A stretch of 64,000 nt of DNA. Origin: Lingula anatina. Lineage: Eukaryota > Animalia > Brachiopoda. Positions 1-14,300 of the stretch are shown here, piece after piece. How positions within the stretch are numbered: the stretch's first letter is position 1; every line of letters starts with the position of its first letter. The stretch lies in NCBI GenBank assembly GCA_051362555.1, contig CM120640.1:59622788-59686787 (forward strand), in the 5' to 3' direction. The translations under genes were made by a program, and so were the position numbers. Below the pieces are notes generated by a model. That model was not told the DNA's origin and did no database searches. It worked only from the letters and a program-made list of their open reading frames with translations.

Positions 1-861
1 TTACTGTAGTTTGGTAATGCACGAAAAGTAACTGTTAAATGCTAGTGAATCAACTTTGTTTTGTAGACTCTTTTGCTTCTTTATCACCTTTGAAGTCTTA
101 CACTGCTGAAAATTCAACCAATTTTATAGTCTACAGTGCTGTGAATAAGATAAGATTCTTCTTGCCAGTTATGCCACCATGAAATCATATAGCCATTGAA
201 GATTGCCTTGACATTTGACTGACATTTGAATGCAAGGACTTGAACAAATTGTTTCCTTTCCAAATACAAACTACTGTGCAGAATATTGTTCAATGGACGT
301 TTCGTGGTACTTGTGATCTCGAGAAAAAATTTTCAGTAAACAAAAATTGCTGGCTTTTTTTCAAATTCAAAATTCAGTGGTGGTTTTGAACAGGTTTATG
401 ATTTCACAGCAGCAAGTTGAGGAAAGCAAAAGATTACAGAGTCCCCAATATGCAGCTGAGTGGATAGCTGGACTTTTAATGTTACTGATATCTTTAACTC
501 CCATGCAATGGAACATGTTGCACAAAATTAGGAGTTCTAATTAATACACAAATGTCCATGCTGTGTTGGTAGCTACCTTAAAAATTGGAGCTCTGGACAT
601 GTAGAATAGCTCATCTTATAAATTTCACTTCTTTTTTTGCAGCCCTTCATGAAAGGCAAAGATATTGCATACAGTTCACAGTACATGCAACTTAGTAAAG
701 AAATTTTAAGATAGATATTATGTTGAATAGATTTATTTTACATTAATGTTGCAACAAAAGAAAAATCTGAAAAAATACTGATCACTTGTCAACATAATGA
801 AGTATTATTATAGGGATGGGAATTTTTCTCCTTTTTAACAATATTTTCACAATTTTTGTAG

Positions 862-946
862 GGTCACAAGAAGATTGCAGGAAGTGGTGGATCTGCTACT
901 GAGCGTTTTCGTCTTCTATTGTCTGATGGTGTAAACAGCCAATCCT
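862..946 (+). CDS. RPA1: RPA1 exon (N-terminal OB fold, DBD-F)
   Basis: tgtag|[28 protein letters not shown]|gtaagt. Confidence 0.92.
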
Positions 947-3500
947 GTAAGTTGCAGCTGGAAACTTCCAATTTCAAAAAAAGCCTGACATTCTATAGAA
1001 GTATTAAGAAACCATATACTTGTTTAAATAAGTATAATTCTGTAAATATATATACATTGTACTTTTATTTAAGAAAGTGCAGGATTTTTTTTACCTGTAC
1101 ATATTAACTTTGTGAGATAGAATAATTGACATAGTATACATTTTTGAAAACTGGACATAAGTTTTTTTGTTTATAATATATGCCAGTCTAAATTATTAGC
1201 TTGCATGTCCTTTTATTTAGCCGCTATGCTGGGCACTCAGTTGAATTATCTTGTCCTTAATGGTGAGCTGGAAGATAATTCTATTGTCAGACTGGACAAA
1301 TTCATCTGTAATACTATCCCTCCGGACAGGTAAAGTCCTGAACTTTTTAAAATTATGTCAGTCTAAGACAAACTTCAACCACTTTGATCACAAGTTTGAC
1401 ATTACAGAGACATATATCTTTAGAAATTGTAATGTAAAGAAAACAATTTGAACGCATGATTGTAGAGCAGTAAAGCTAGGAACTTTCTCGTTTTCTTGCA
1501 TTTTGGATATATGATGCATGTTGCACTCAAGCTATTAACATATTATGGTATGTAATGAATTATTCTGCCTCATTTTAGGAGAGTCATGATCCTGTTAGAA
1601 CTGTCCATTATAAAACGAGGTAGTGAGGTTCCTGGCAAGTTGGGCAACCCAGTGCCATTTAAGGGAACAGCTGCAGCAGGGGGAGATGCAAACAGAAATC
1701 CCCCACAGCAGACAAATGAACATGCTGCCAGTAATGGAGCTCCAGGTAACAGGAAGTTGTGTAGAAAGTAGTTTGTACAGGGTGACCCCACGCACGTGTG
1801 CGTGTGCACGCACACACAAATCCACAAATAGTTTTTATTAAATCCTGGTTGGGTCCATCAAATTTCAAGAAATTAGCTGGACTTCAATATATGCATGACC
1901 ATTTCCTAAAGTATTTTCTTGGTTGCTTTGCATAAAAGTTATGTCCTTTTCAAAAATATGTTCCACGTGGCCTCTACAGCATTAGAGGCACACTCGCAAT
2001 GTATGCATGACACAAAATTGTCATTTCCTCTAACGCATTCCTTCTTCAGGATTTTCCCGATTTTTGCTGTGATTGCTGCCCAGTCTCTCCTGAAATCACA
2101 AACACTCCCCAATTTAGTCATATGATAAAAGTGACTTAAGTTGTCTAAACAAAAACTGGTTGATTTGATTTGACTTGTTTTAGTCAAATTTAAACCACTT
2201 GGAGAAAAAAGTGATGAAAAAGTAGCGATTTGGCTATGAGAAAAAAATGCCAGCACTACCCCAAGTTCTGTTTATGCAAAGCAACCAAAATAATTTTAAC
2301 TTTGGGGAATGATCATTCACATATTGAAGTCTAAGTCCAGCAAATTTCTTGAAATTAGAAGTACCTTTGTAGGATTAAATAAAATTTTTATGGGTTCTGT
2401 TTTTTTTAGGGTAACCCTTATATGCTAGTTAGGATGTTTGATGCACTTCTGTATGCACACTTTTTTATGTACAAACACAAATGTGTCTATACAGCTGTCA
2501 CCTGCGTCTGTCGTCGCTGTCATCGATGTGCACTTTCACTGATAACACTGTAAGTGGAAATCTGTTTTACCTGTCTTCTAATTTACTGCTGTTTTTTTTT
2601 TTTTTTTCCGCTTTTTTCAGCATATGTGCACCACTGATAACACATTTCAAGTAAAACCCACAGGACTAGTGTCTTGAAACTGAAAGGAATGACCAATCTT
2701 ACTAAAATACAGGTCAAGTTCGAAAATCAGCTTGATCCGACCATATTTACAATTTTGCTGTTTTTTCACTTTTTATTTGAGCTTATTTTATCCACCATTA
2801 TACAGATAACATTAAAAAAAAATTTGGATTATCATTTTTTTTCTGGAATTCATGTAATTGTAATTATTATTTTGTGAAATTTTCATTCTTCTCATTCTGG
2901 CATTTTCAAATTGTGAACTTGAACTCTCATAGGCCTGAAGCCTTATGCTTGTTACACATTTTACCAACATTGGAATTATTTTACCAACATTGGAATTACA
3001 TGTTGTGCATAATTAAAATTTGTTGTTGACTTTGCAGTTAAGCATAATGTATTATAGCATCAGAATTGACAGTAGCCTGTTTTGTGCATTATTATTTTCT
3101 GCTTTTTGTCTGTACATTTGACAGCTTTGCTGCCTTGTCTTTTCTATTTCTTGACTACAATTATAACAGAATGGTTCAAAAAAGTTTTGAAGAGATCTGG
3201 TCATACCATTTGCTCTACAGTAGAATAACATTAAGCACTCTTGCTGTTTAATCTGTAATGTATATTAGATGTTGTGATACACCATTTCCTCTGCTCTTTT
3301 GTGTACCACTTAGTTCTTAATATACCATGTATTTTTTAACTTTTAGAAACTTGTAGAGCTAGATGTCTCAAAATTATTTGTTTTTCATATTTCATTTATT
3401 TTTGAATTTATAACCACCAGCACATAAGCCACAACAGCCGCAAAAACCTGCCCAGCAGAATCCATACAATAGAGGTAATGAGGCCAGGCCCCTGTTTCAC

Positions 3501-3532
<32 letters not shown>

Positions 3533-5268
3533 GTAAATGAGAGCATTATCAGCAAAACTTTTGAAAGTACATACCTTCTTCAAGATATTATGTTATTATA
3601 TCTTTGAATGTTACAGAAATTTATAAGAAATAAAATGCAACATCACCCAGCCGATCACAGGTTTGTATATGCTATTGACTGTTAGGCGTCAGATAGCAGC
3701 GTTCCAAGACAAGCTAATGTTTAAATGTTACTTTAAAGTTGTTTTAAAGTTAAACTAATCAATAAAGTTATGTTTTGGCTGATTTTAATGTTGATAAACC
3801 ATCATCGTGTCTGAAAGAGGTGAAATGTCAAGTCATGTGAAACTTTAGAGATTTTATACCTCCTTTTCTTACTGATTTCCCCCTGCGCATCGACTACTGT
3901 AAGCAAACAAAGCTGTGACTTAAGATTCTTTGTGAAACACTCCTAGTGGACTGCAGCATGATCTGGCTAGGTCACTCAACTCGAGCTAGACAACTGCAGA
4001 TTGAAGATTCTTTGTGAAACGGGGGCCAGAGCAACTAACTTTTTCTGATTGATGTGCTGAGATCTACCTTGATTCTTGCTTAATTGCATACATGACATGT
4101 CAACAACATGTACTCACGTACTGTTATTGCTTATTTTAATTGCTGATTTAGAGAACATTAAAATTTTATAGAATATCATAGTAAAATTTTATATCATTAG
4201 AGAACTGAGATATTTTGGTTTATGCAAAGTAGCAGACCTTTCATAATTCAGACATCTTGGGATTCAACAATTTGTTTGATGGAGACTTATGTCAGGCAGC
4301 AGTAAGTTTCTTTAAATGCCCAAATTAAAAAAAAAGATGTTACACGAGGTGATCAAATGATAATTCTGGTTATAAAGTGGCTGCTGTATATGTGCACTGC
4401 AGTGTTAGTTTACATTTCGGTGTATATCATATTTTTATTCACATAAAATTTATGACCACTTTTGTCCCCAATACTGTCAATTTGTAATTTCTTTTTTAGA
4501 ACAAGCTCAACAGTCAACTGGACAAACAAATAGTTTCTATGGAAAAAACAATGTCACACCAAAGGCATATGGAAATAATAATCTTCCCCAGACACCAGGT
4601 GGCAGCACACCAAAAGTCTATCCAATCACTGCTCTTACACCATATCAAAACAGGTAGGCCTTGGACGTTTTGAGTAAAGTAGAGAGATTGTTTTCAAATT
4701 TTCGCTAATCAAAAGATATTAGAATAGATATACAGAAAAGAGATGAGTATGGTTATTTTGCATGTTTGGAAGGTATGTGTTTTTACAAAAGCAATTTGAT
4801 AAGCGTTTGCAAGGCTAAGAGTTATGACTAGAAAGTTTTTTTAAATCTGAATTAACCTGAATAATGAGCACAGTATATTGCAATTGTTGTTGTTTGTTGA
4901 ATGCTAGTTATTATTTTGCAAAACTCTTGCCTGAATTAGTAAGTCAGTCAGTTATCTGCTCTTTTAGGTGGACAATTAGAGCCAGACTGACCAACAAGTC
5001 CGACATTAGGACATGGAGCAATTCTCGTGGAGAGGGGAAACTTTTTAGCATGACATTCACAGATGAGAGTGGAGAGATCCGGGCTACCGCATTCAAAGCA
5101 GAAGTGGACAAGTTCTATGATATACTGGAAGTGAATAAGGTAGCATTTTGGTGGTGGGGGAGAGTGGGGTGACTGAAATATGTGGTTAAAGGAAAGGCCG
5201 AGTGCTAATTAAAAAGTTCATGAGAATTGTATAGCACATGTTGAAAGGTAATGATTTTTCAGAAAAAG

Positions 5269-5335
<67 letters not shown>

Positions 5336-8300
5336 AAGTCATACTTTGACATGTAAGTTTCCATCTTATTAACAATTTCTTAATCACATTAACAGGTTTA
5401 CTATGTCACCAAAGCAACCTTGAAAACAGCCAACAAGCAGTACTCTTCAGTGGACAATGACTACGAGATGACCCTGAACAGAGACTCCCAGATAGAAGAG
5501 TGCACTGAAGATGTAGATCTGCCAACTGTGACTTTCAACTTCACACCTATAAATGCATTGGGCAACATGGCCCCTAACACCACAGTGGGTAAGCTGGATC
5601 TACTTGTGTTCTTTGTAAATAATGAATGCAACAAAATCACCATTTTCTGTTTGTTACGACTTCATTAGGCTCATCTGATACTTAAAGGGATAACAACTCT
5701 TCATATAAGATCCAAAATTTCACAATAAATACATTGTAAAGAACACATAAATAAAATAATTAATGCAATTTTACCACCAAAATGGGGGTTATTGCAATTA
5801 TGCGGAAGCTGTGCTTGCCATAGAACCACATGGACCCTGCGATGACTACCCTCCCAAATAATCTCTTAAGAAATTATTACAAAAACCACTAAAAAGACAA
5901 TCAACTAACCTTGAATGTTAGTTCATTAACCATGAGAAAGTATGGGAAAATTGTCATTTTCCCAGGAAATTAAATTTTTAGCACTTATTCTGCCAAAATG
6001 AAGAGTTGTTATACTTTTAGACATTTATTTTTGCAAAATGTCCTCCTTTTTGAATGGTTGTATTACATCCAGCACATTTATACATCTTGGTCACTTTATG
6101 TTCTTAGTGCTGTAGGAGTGAATCCATTTGGACTAGACCCCATTATTCTCCCATTTGTGCCAGTAAAATAATTTATTCATTTATTAACAGATGTGATTGG
6201 TGTGGTCAAGTCTGTGGCAGATGTTTCCACAATCATTGCCAAGGCAACACAGAAGGAGCTGAAGAAAAGGGAGGTTTCTTTGGTTGACCAAAATCAGGTC
6301 ATGATAAACCTCACCCTCTGGGGAGAAACTGTAAGTTCTGAAACAAGATCAATATTAAATTAGATTGAGTTTTTTTTCCAATATGGAACTTATTTTTATA
6401 AATGGGTGTGTTTGTTATAAAATGCTTTTATATCCACAAAAGGACAGTTCATAGGATGATGAGATTGATGCATACTCCAGGGAAATCTATTGCTTGCAAA
6501 CAAATCTCCAGTGCATTCTTTTCTTTACATATCTACCAAATTATTTTGTATTAACACATTTTTGTACCCTTCATTCACTTCCATACCCATCATAGCAATT
6601 TGTGAAATTAATTAAACAGAAATTGTCTCTGTTTTCTTTATTTAAAGTAAATGATGCACTTTTTATGAAAGACAGTAAACTTCTTTCTTTAGAAAGATGT
6701 TTAAATGTCATTAACATGTGGTAAAAGTCAGAGGAATCCCATGAACCATACTTTTCAACACTTTCATATATCTAATAGTTTCATGTTATGTATATCTGTG
6801 ATTAAAAAAGTTTTTACTGATTGTATATTTAGAGAAGTATTCTCATCCCTTTATCAAAACAAAATTGCAGAATCTTTTTTTTTTCCTGATTTCATACTAC
6901 ATTTAGAAGATCAGTGTATTAATATAATGTTGCATTACAATAGAATTAATTCATTTGCAATGTTTTCTGATTCAGGCAGAAGGTTTTGATGGTAGCAATC
7001 ACCCTGTAGTGGCAATAAAGGGTGCAAGGCTCTCTGACTTTGGGGGTAAGTAGGGAAAACAATAGAAGTGTTGATCATAGATTCATTGGTGTTTATAAAT
7101 ATTAGAATCCTCAAGTTTTTATTGTACCACCAGCGTTAGCGCTGGCGGTACACATGGTTTCGGTCCCGTCCGGATCGTTCCGTTGGCTCCGCCGGACGTC
7201 TACCGTTACCGCTTCTCCTCCTAGACGGTAAGGGCCCCCGTACCCATCTCATGGATTTAGGTCACCTATAATCTCAACTCGTTCCACGTAAAATTTGGGC
7301 TTTGTCGGTATTGGGGTCTGGGTGTGGCACTCATTGCAATGCACCCTTGTCTAAAAATGGCAAAATTAAATGCTAATTATCTACCCTACGGAAGGAGTTA
7401 TGGGAAAAATTTCTATAGACGGCTTTCCAAAAGTCATATGTGTAGATTTCAAATATACCCTTGGATTTGACCTTTGACCTCTACTTCAAGGTCAAATGGG
7501 CCAAAATTTTCAAAAAAATGAAATTTTTTACGAAAAAAAATTTTTTTGCCCTGTTATTCAGACACCACACAGACTTAACCAATAATATTATTGGAAAGTG
7601 TTACCCTTCAGGTCATCTTTCATCTCCATGAATTTGGGGTCAATCGGTGCATTTTCACGGGAGTAGCGGCCATAAGATACCGAAACTGAAAACTGTCTCT
7701 AATTCGGGAACCGTTAATGCTAGAGACCCATTCTTTTTTGCATTTTGTAGAGCATGTAAAGCCCAACACTGGAGGTGGTCTCGGTTTTTTTTGTATTCCA
7801 TACGGTTTTCGAGTTACGCTGTATCAAAAAGTACATATTGGTGGTAAAAGCAAAATGTGCAGTACGGTAATGGATAATAAATTTTGAACTCTGGAAAAAT
7901 AAAACATAAGGCTTGGCAAAGCAGACAACTTGTGTTCAAAAATGACATTATTTCATCAAATTTGAACTTCTGAAACTTCAGAGCACCTCCTATTTCAAGA
8001 ATTTTGACCAAAATGACATTTTCTTTATTTTAATTAATTTTTTCTGTACGAAATTTAAGGCAAATTATGGTAACTCCAAAATTATAACATCTAGTCCCTT
8101 ATATCTCCAAAACTGGCAGAGATAGGTCCATAGTTACTATTGAAGTTGAATAGGAAGTCATATACTGGCAATCTTACTATGACCTTGAAATTGACCTTTG
8201 ACCTACTTTTCACCATGAACTGAACTTTGCAAATTTTTTCTTCCCTTTTATCTCCAAAACTGGCAGAGATAGGTCCATAGTTACTATTGAACTTGAATAG

Positions 8301-11300
8301 GAAGTCATATACTGGCAATCTAAATGTGACCTTGAAATTGACCTTTGACCTACTTTTCACCATGAACTGAACTTTGCAAAATTTGCTTCCCTTTTATCTC
8401 CAAAACTGGCAGAGATAGGTCCATAGTTACTATTGAACTTGAATAGGAAGTCATATACTGGCAATCTAAATGTGACCTTAAAATTGACCTTTGTCCTACT
8501 TTTCACCATAAACTGAACTTTGCAAATTTTGCTTCCCTTTTATCTCCAAAACTGGCAGAGATAGGTCCATAGTTACTATTGAACTTGAATAGGAAGTCAT
8601 ATACTGGCAATCTAAATGTGACCTTGAAATTGACCTTTGACCTACTTTTCACCATGAACTGAACTTTGCAAACTTTTCTTCCCTTTTATCTCCAAAACTG
8701 GCTGAGATAGGTCCATAGTTACTATTGAACTTGAATAGAAAGTCATATACTGGCAATCTAAATGTGACCTTGAAATTGACCTTTGACCTACTTTTCACCA
8801 TGAACTGAATTTTGCAAATTTTGCTTCCCTTTTATCTCCAAAACTGGCTGAGATAGGTCCATAGTTACTATTGAAGTTGAATAGGAAGTCCTATACTGGC
8901 AATCTAAGTGTGACCTTGAAATTGACCTTTGACCTACTTTTTATCATGAACTGAACTCTGTTTATTTCTTTCTCTTTTAACTTCAAACTTGACAGAGATA
9001 GGTCCATAGTTACTCTTGAACTTGAATAGGAAGTCATATACTGGCAATTTACTGTGACCTTGAAATTGACCCTTGACCTAACTTACGAAGAACTTAAATT
9101 TGATTGTACCATATATATTTTTTGCAATAGTTTAAAAATTCTTGTTGATTGCATTTTTACAGCTTGTCAAGCACAAAACTGGTGGCTGTGTCCCTTATTT
9201 TGTGTATGTGGGGGTCTATACGAATGCGTTTGCTCCAGCTGGTGGTACAATATTTGAAGGCGGTATCGCCTCTCTGATCCTCTAGTTAGAATTAGACTTC
9301 AAGAAATTCAAATGTTATAATTGCATATATATTGAACTGTAAACAAGCAACTATTTTAACACCTGGTTTTCTCTTAACACCTCTTTTAAACTTGTGTGGT
9401 TCAACTTGTAGAAGTTGGATGTGTTTCTTATTTTAATAAAAAATATGGTATTCTAAAACATTCATTTTTAGGCCGTTCACTCTCCACACTGTCCAGTAGT
9501 CAGTTGATTCTTAATCCTGACATTGAGGAGGCCCACAGGCTTAAAGGTTGGTATGACAGAGATGGACACAACCTGGACTTCCAACAGTACAGGAATGAGG
9601 GGGGACAAGGAGGTTCAGGTAAGAGAAATCATTTTCCTTCATTTGCAGAGAAAATCTTCTTCATTAGGAGTGTTGATTTCTTTTAATGCTAAAAGGTAAT
9701 TTAAAAAAAGACAATCGTCAAGATTTTAAAATTGATTGTACCACCAGTGTAGGAACTAACGGTGCACATGGTTTAAGTCCGGACCCGTCTCGTCTGCCGG
9801 CTCCATCGCCATGTCACCGTTACCACTTCTCCTCCTTGACTGTACCTGTCTCTTGGTTAGTCTGACCTAAGTGGCTCAAAATCTAGTACCCCATTCCCAT
9901 AGATTTTAGATCGATCTATCCCTGTGGGGAGTCTCACTAGATTACTGTCAGCTTAGCCGGCTTAAGCGTCTGTCCCGCCTACTAAAAGCTGTAAGAGGGT
10001 AATTAACTATGGTGCGCGCTCGGCTGACTGCAATTTAGCGTGAACCCCCAGGGAGTTAGGTCGATCTAAATCTTAATCTCTGGATCGATCTAAATCTCTG
10101 GGAATACACCCTAGGACGAGGCTCACCTGTACAAATGAATGGGAAGTGGACTCTGTTATGGGGGATTCTCTGTCATGTTACAGTGGCAATCTACCACCAT
10201 GTCACCATTACCACTTCTTCTCCTAGACTACGAGATCCTGTGCACCCATCACTTATAATCTTGGATCGATCCACGTAAATTTTGGGCTTTGTCCTTGCAC
10301 GAGTCAAGGTGTGGCGCTCCCTGCAATGCACCCTTGTCCAAAATTTGCAAAATTAAATGCTAAGTATCTCCTAAATCAAATGAATTATGGGGAAAAAAAT
10401 CTGTAGATGGCTGACCAAAAGTCATGTGGAGATTTCAAATATGCCCTTGGATTTTACCTTTGACCTACTTTTTGCCATGAACTGCACTTCACAAATTTGG
10501 ATTTGACCTTTTGCTTTCCCCACAATTTTGTTATAAATTGTAATTTTTAACAAAAAATTGAGAACTCTTGTTTACTGCATTTTGTAGAGCTTGTCAGGCA
10601 CATCACGTGGTGGTTTCCCTTTCTTCTTGTTTTCCATACGAATGTACTTATTCCAGCTGGTGGTACAATACCTGCAGGCGGTATCGCCTCTTTGATCCTC
10701 TAGTTTGAAGGTAATGCACATAGCATTGTTAGTATGCATAGAAAAGCTTGATTTCTCTTTTTGCACTATTCTTTGTCAATTTATCAGTGATTATTACCAT
10801 CTTCTATATATGTCTTAATAGGAGGCGCAACTAATTGGAAAAGCTTTGCTGCTGTAAAGCAAGAAAACATTGGAGCTACAGAAAAACCAGACTACTATTC
10901 AGCCAAAGGAACAGTGATATTCATGAGGAAAGAGAACTGCATGTATCAGGTATGAATGCCATTTTAAGGATCAATATTTAAATATTGATAGCTATTAACC
11001 AGATAATGTGCAAGGAGAATGGGAGTATTTAACTTGTTCAGAGCTTGAAAGAAATTTGCTTTTAATCATTCAAGGTGACATTTCTGCAATTCATGGTATG
11101 AAATCTTCTTAAAGAGTAACAACTTTATTTTCACTTGGTAAATGATTGAAATAACCATTTCTGTAGGCCTGCCCTAAAGTGGATTGTAACAAGAAGGTGG
11201 TTGACCAGTCAAATGGTTTGTACAGGTGTGAAAAGTGCCAGCTGGAGTACCCGAACTACAAATGGAGGATGATCTTATCGGTTAGATTACAACAATTAAG

Positions 11301-14300
11301 TACTTATGGTAGACCTCACATATAATAACCTCAAATAAACCAGACGCTCCCCTTTTAATTATAGAATCTGTCAGTTCTGGGCCTGTCTATCAACAAATTG
11401 ATGGGTGTAAAATAAAAAATAGTCAAATCACAATTAGTTTGTTGTATGCTAGGTCTGTCGCGTTACTTTGATAAGAATATTTTTACAGTAAGATATATGC
11501 ATAGAATTTTGATATTTGCCACTTATGATTAATTTTTAAGCTGCATGTTTTGAAATACATTACTTTAGTATATAAATTCAAACTTTATTTGGAAAACAAT
11601 TTAAATGATTTGAGGGGGGGGGGGGGGGGAGTGTTTAAAGCACAATAACCAATGATATTTTTCTTTTAAGGCCAATCTTGCAGACTATTCTGACAACCAG
11701 TGGGTGACTTGCTTCCAAGAAACTGCAGAAACTCTACTTGGCAAGTCAGCAGATGAACTGGGCAGTCTCAGAGAATCGGTAACTGCTTGTTGTCTTGTTA
11801 TGTTGTTATGTTTGGGAAAGAACAATTGTTTATTTGTGACAGAATGGCTGTGATAGGGGTTGTAGTGGAAATGACAGGTCCAATTTGTGTCACATTTTTG
11901 TTTGTTTGTTTTAGTCAAATATTTCATTTTTCACTGAATTAATAAGAATATAAAAAACACAGATCAACCATTTTTCACCTTAGTAATATTGTGCATTGCA
12001 TAATAAATTTATTGTACCTGAAACATTAGGAAAAAAATTATTTCCATTTTAGCAGGAGCAAGATTGTGAAGATAAAAGATATCAGGGCAAAGCACTTTTA
12101 TAATTTATATTTTCAAACTACAAAATGAAATGAAAAAACATGAAATAGAAAAAGTTAGGGGAAGATATTTCTTAGACATCATCATTATTATGATTTGTTC
12201 TTACTATTACTATTATTATCTTTTTTTCCCCCAACATCGACAAATTCAGATTTCGTGGTCTTTTGTAACAATGGATGCAAAATTTGTTTTGAGTGGAGGG
12301 ATCTGTATTCAACTCAAGGTTTCCCCATTCAGCCATCATTTTGATGGTAGATATTTTAGTGACAGTGAAATGGCTTACAATATTTTGCAGATATGGGGAC
12401 TTGATTTGTTGGGACAGGTGGATAGCATAGAAAATTCCCAGAAAGTATTTTGATGTATGATTTACCCAGATTATTTGATGAGTCAAGACGATACATTGAT
12501 GTTTTTTGCCAAAGATCTTCAGGTGCAAACACTTTTCATATAATAGGTAATTAAATACACATCAGCTCACTGACCCCAAGTTGCTGAGTTCTGTTAGGTG
12601 CAAAAAGATTAAACCAGCATTGTTCCTAAGACTATGTTGTGCTTTGAGTTACCTGTAGGTTGGATAAGATGGTTTCATTGGAGTTTCACTAAATCTTGCA
12701 TACTCGGTCAATCTCAAAGGAAAACTCAGGTGGCTCATTTTGCTTTGATTTTTCAACATGATACTGTGTAACGAACTTTTTTGAGAAAAATCCATGCTGC
12801 ACCCCTTCTTGTTCCAGTATTTAACACATAGCTACCAGTTTACAGCCATCATTTTATCATTGAACAACTACATTAATGGTAGTCATGCAATTTATAAATT
12901 AAAGTGTATATTATATTAATAATTTAATAATGATAAATAGGCTCTGGAGCATGTTTTTGATTCACAATCTTGTCTTCAACCGTGAAAAGTGGCATACGTT
13001 ACCAATTGATCAATTTGATGAAATTATATAGAAAATGACAAAATTGGGTTATTTATTTGCAAAATAGGAAGAATTAATAAAATAAAAGAAAATATATCAA
13101 TTATCAGCAAAATGAAAATACACCTTAACACCCTCACTCTACCCCACATCCTGCCCGCTGTCAAAAGGCCTCTTAACCATTGCTACCTGTTTTTTTACGT
13201 ACAGACACAGATGTGTCTGTACATATAGCCATCACCTGCGTCTGTCGTCGCCGTTGCCGTTGCCGTTGGCGTGCACTTTTACCGTAAACACGATAAGTGG
13301 AAAACGGTTTTACGTTTTGACTTGAAACTTACAGAACTGATGAATATTCATAATATTCAGGTCAAGTTCGAAAATCAGCATGATCGGGCCATTTTTAGGG
13401 AAGTTATGCTGTTTTTTCACTTTTTTCAGCATATATGCAACACCGTAAACACGATAAGTGGAAAACCGTTTTACCTTTTGGTTTGAAACTTACAGAACTG
13501 ATGAATTTGTATAATACGCAGGTCAAGTTCGAAAATCAGCATGATCGGGTCATTTTTAGGGAAGTTTTGCTTTTTTTTTCACTTTTTTCAGCATATATGC
13601 AACACCGTAAACACGATAAGTGGAAATCCGTTTTACCTTTTGGTTTGAAACTTACAGAACTGATGAATATTTATAATACGCAGGTCAAGTTCGAAAATCA
13701 GCATGATTGGGTCATTTTTAGGGAAGTTATGCTTTTTTTTCACATTTTCTCTGATTCAATTCTTAGGCATGTTAATAGTCTCATTATTGAACTAATAAGA
13801 TATGTAAAAGTGTTTTTTTGACATTTCCTGCATCTTTACAACATTGTTAGTTAATTATGTAAAAATGATGGTAAACTTGTTATCTTGTATTGTGTAATGA
13901 AGTGTCAAAAATGGAAATAAACACATATCATTGCAGTTTGTCAGATTCAATCATCCACTATGTTCAGAATCTCAGAATGGAGGAAATTGGACATTTAATA
14001 CTGTTCTATTGATATTTTTCCCATCTCATCAATTTTCTTAGTTGGTCATATAAAAATGGCAGTAAACTGTTAATTTTGTTTTATGTTAAAAAAGTGTTAA
14101 AAATGGAAATAAACCCATTTCAGAAAAGTGCTGTCTTGTTTACATTTTGGCATTTTCAAGATGTGACTTTGAAGTTCCATGGGCCTGAAGACCTTTGCTA
14201 GTCACATTTTCTGAATATCCATGATACTAATATTTTATTATTAAAAATTGATGGTCATTATGCTGTTAAACATTATGTAATATTGCATCAAAATTTGAAG

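Noticed and set aside
643-700. Possible RPA1 exon 2 after ttttttgcag (PFMKGKDI...)
   Set aside because: Lacks the conserved P.LQ[IV] motif and has no good in-phase donor
8097-9081. Regularly spaced repeats as a CRISPR array
   Set aside because: Units are contiguous and near-identical with no unique spacers; eukaryotic intron, no cas genes
12130-12528. Overlapping 107/118-aa ORFs in the RPA1 intron
   Set aside because: Low-complexity AT-rich translations with no motifs; the RPA1 frame is complete without them
13271-13821. ORFs of 71 and 128 aa with internal repeats (also 8091-8363 and 15953-16150)
   Set aside because: Translations of non-coding tandem repeats whose unit length is not a multiple of 3
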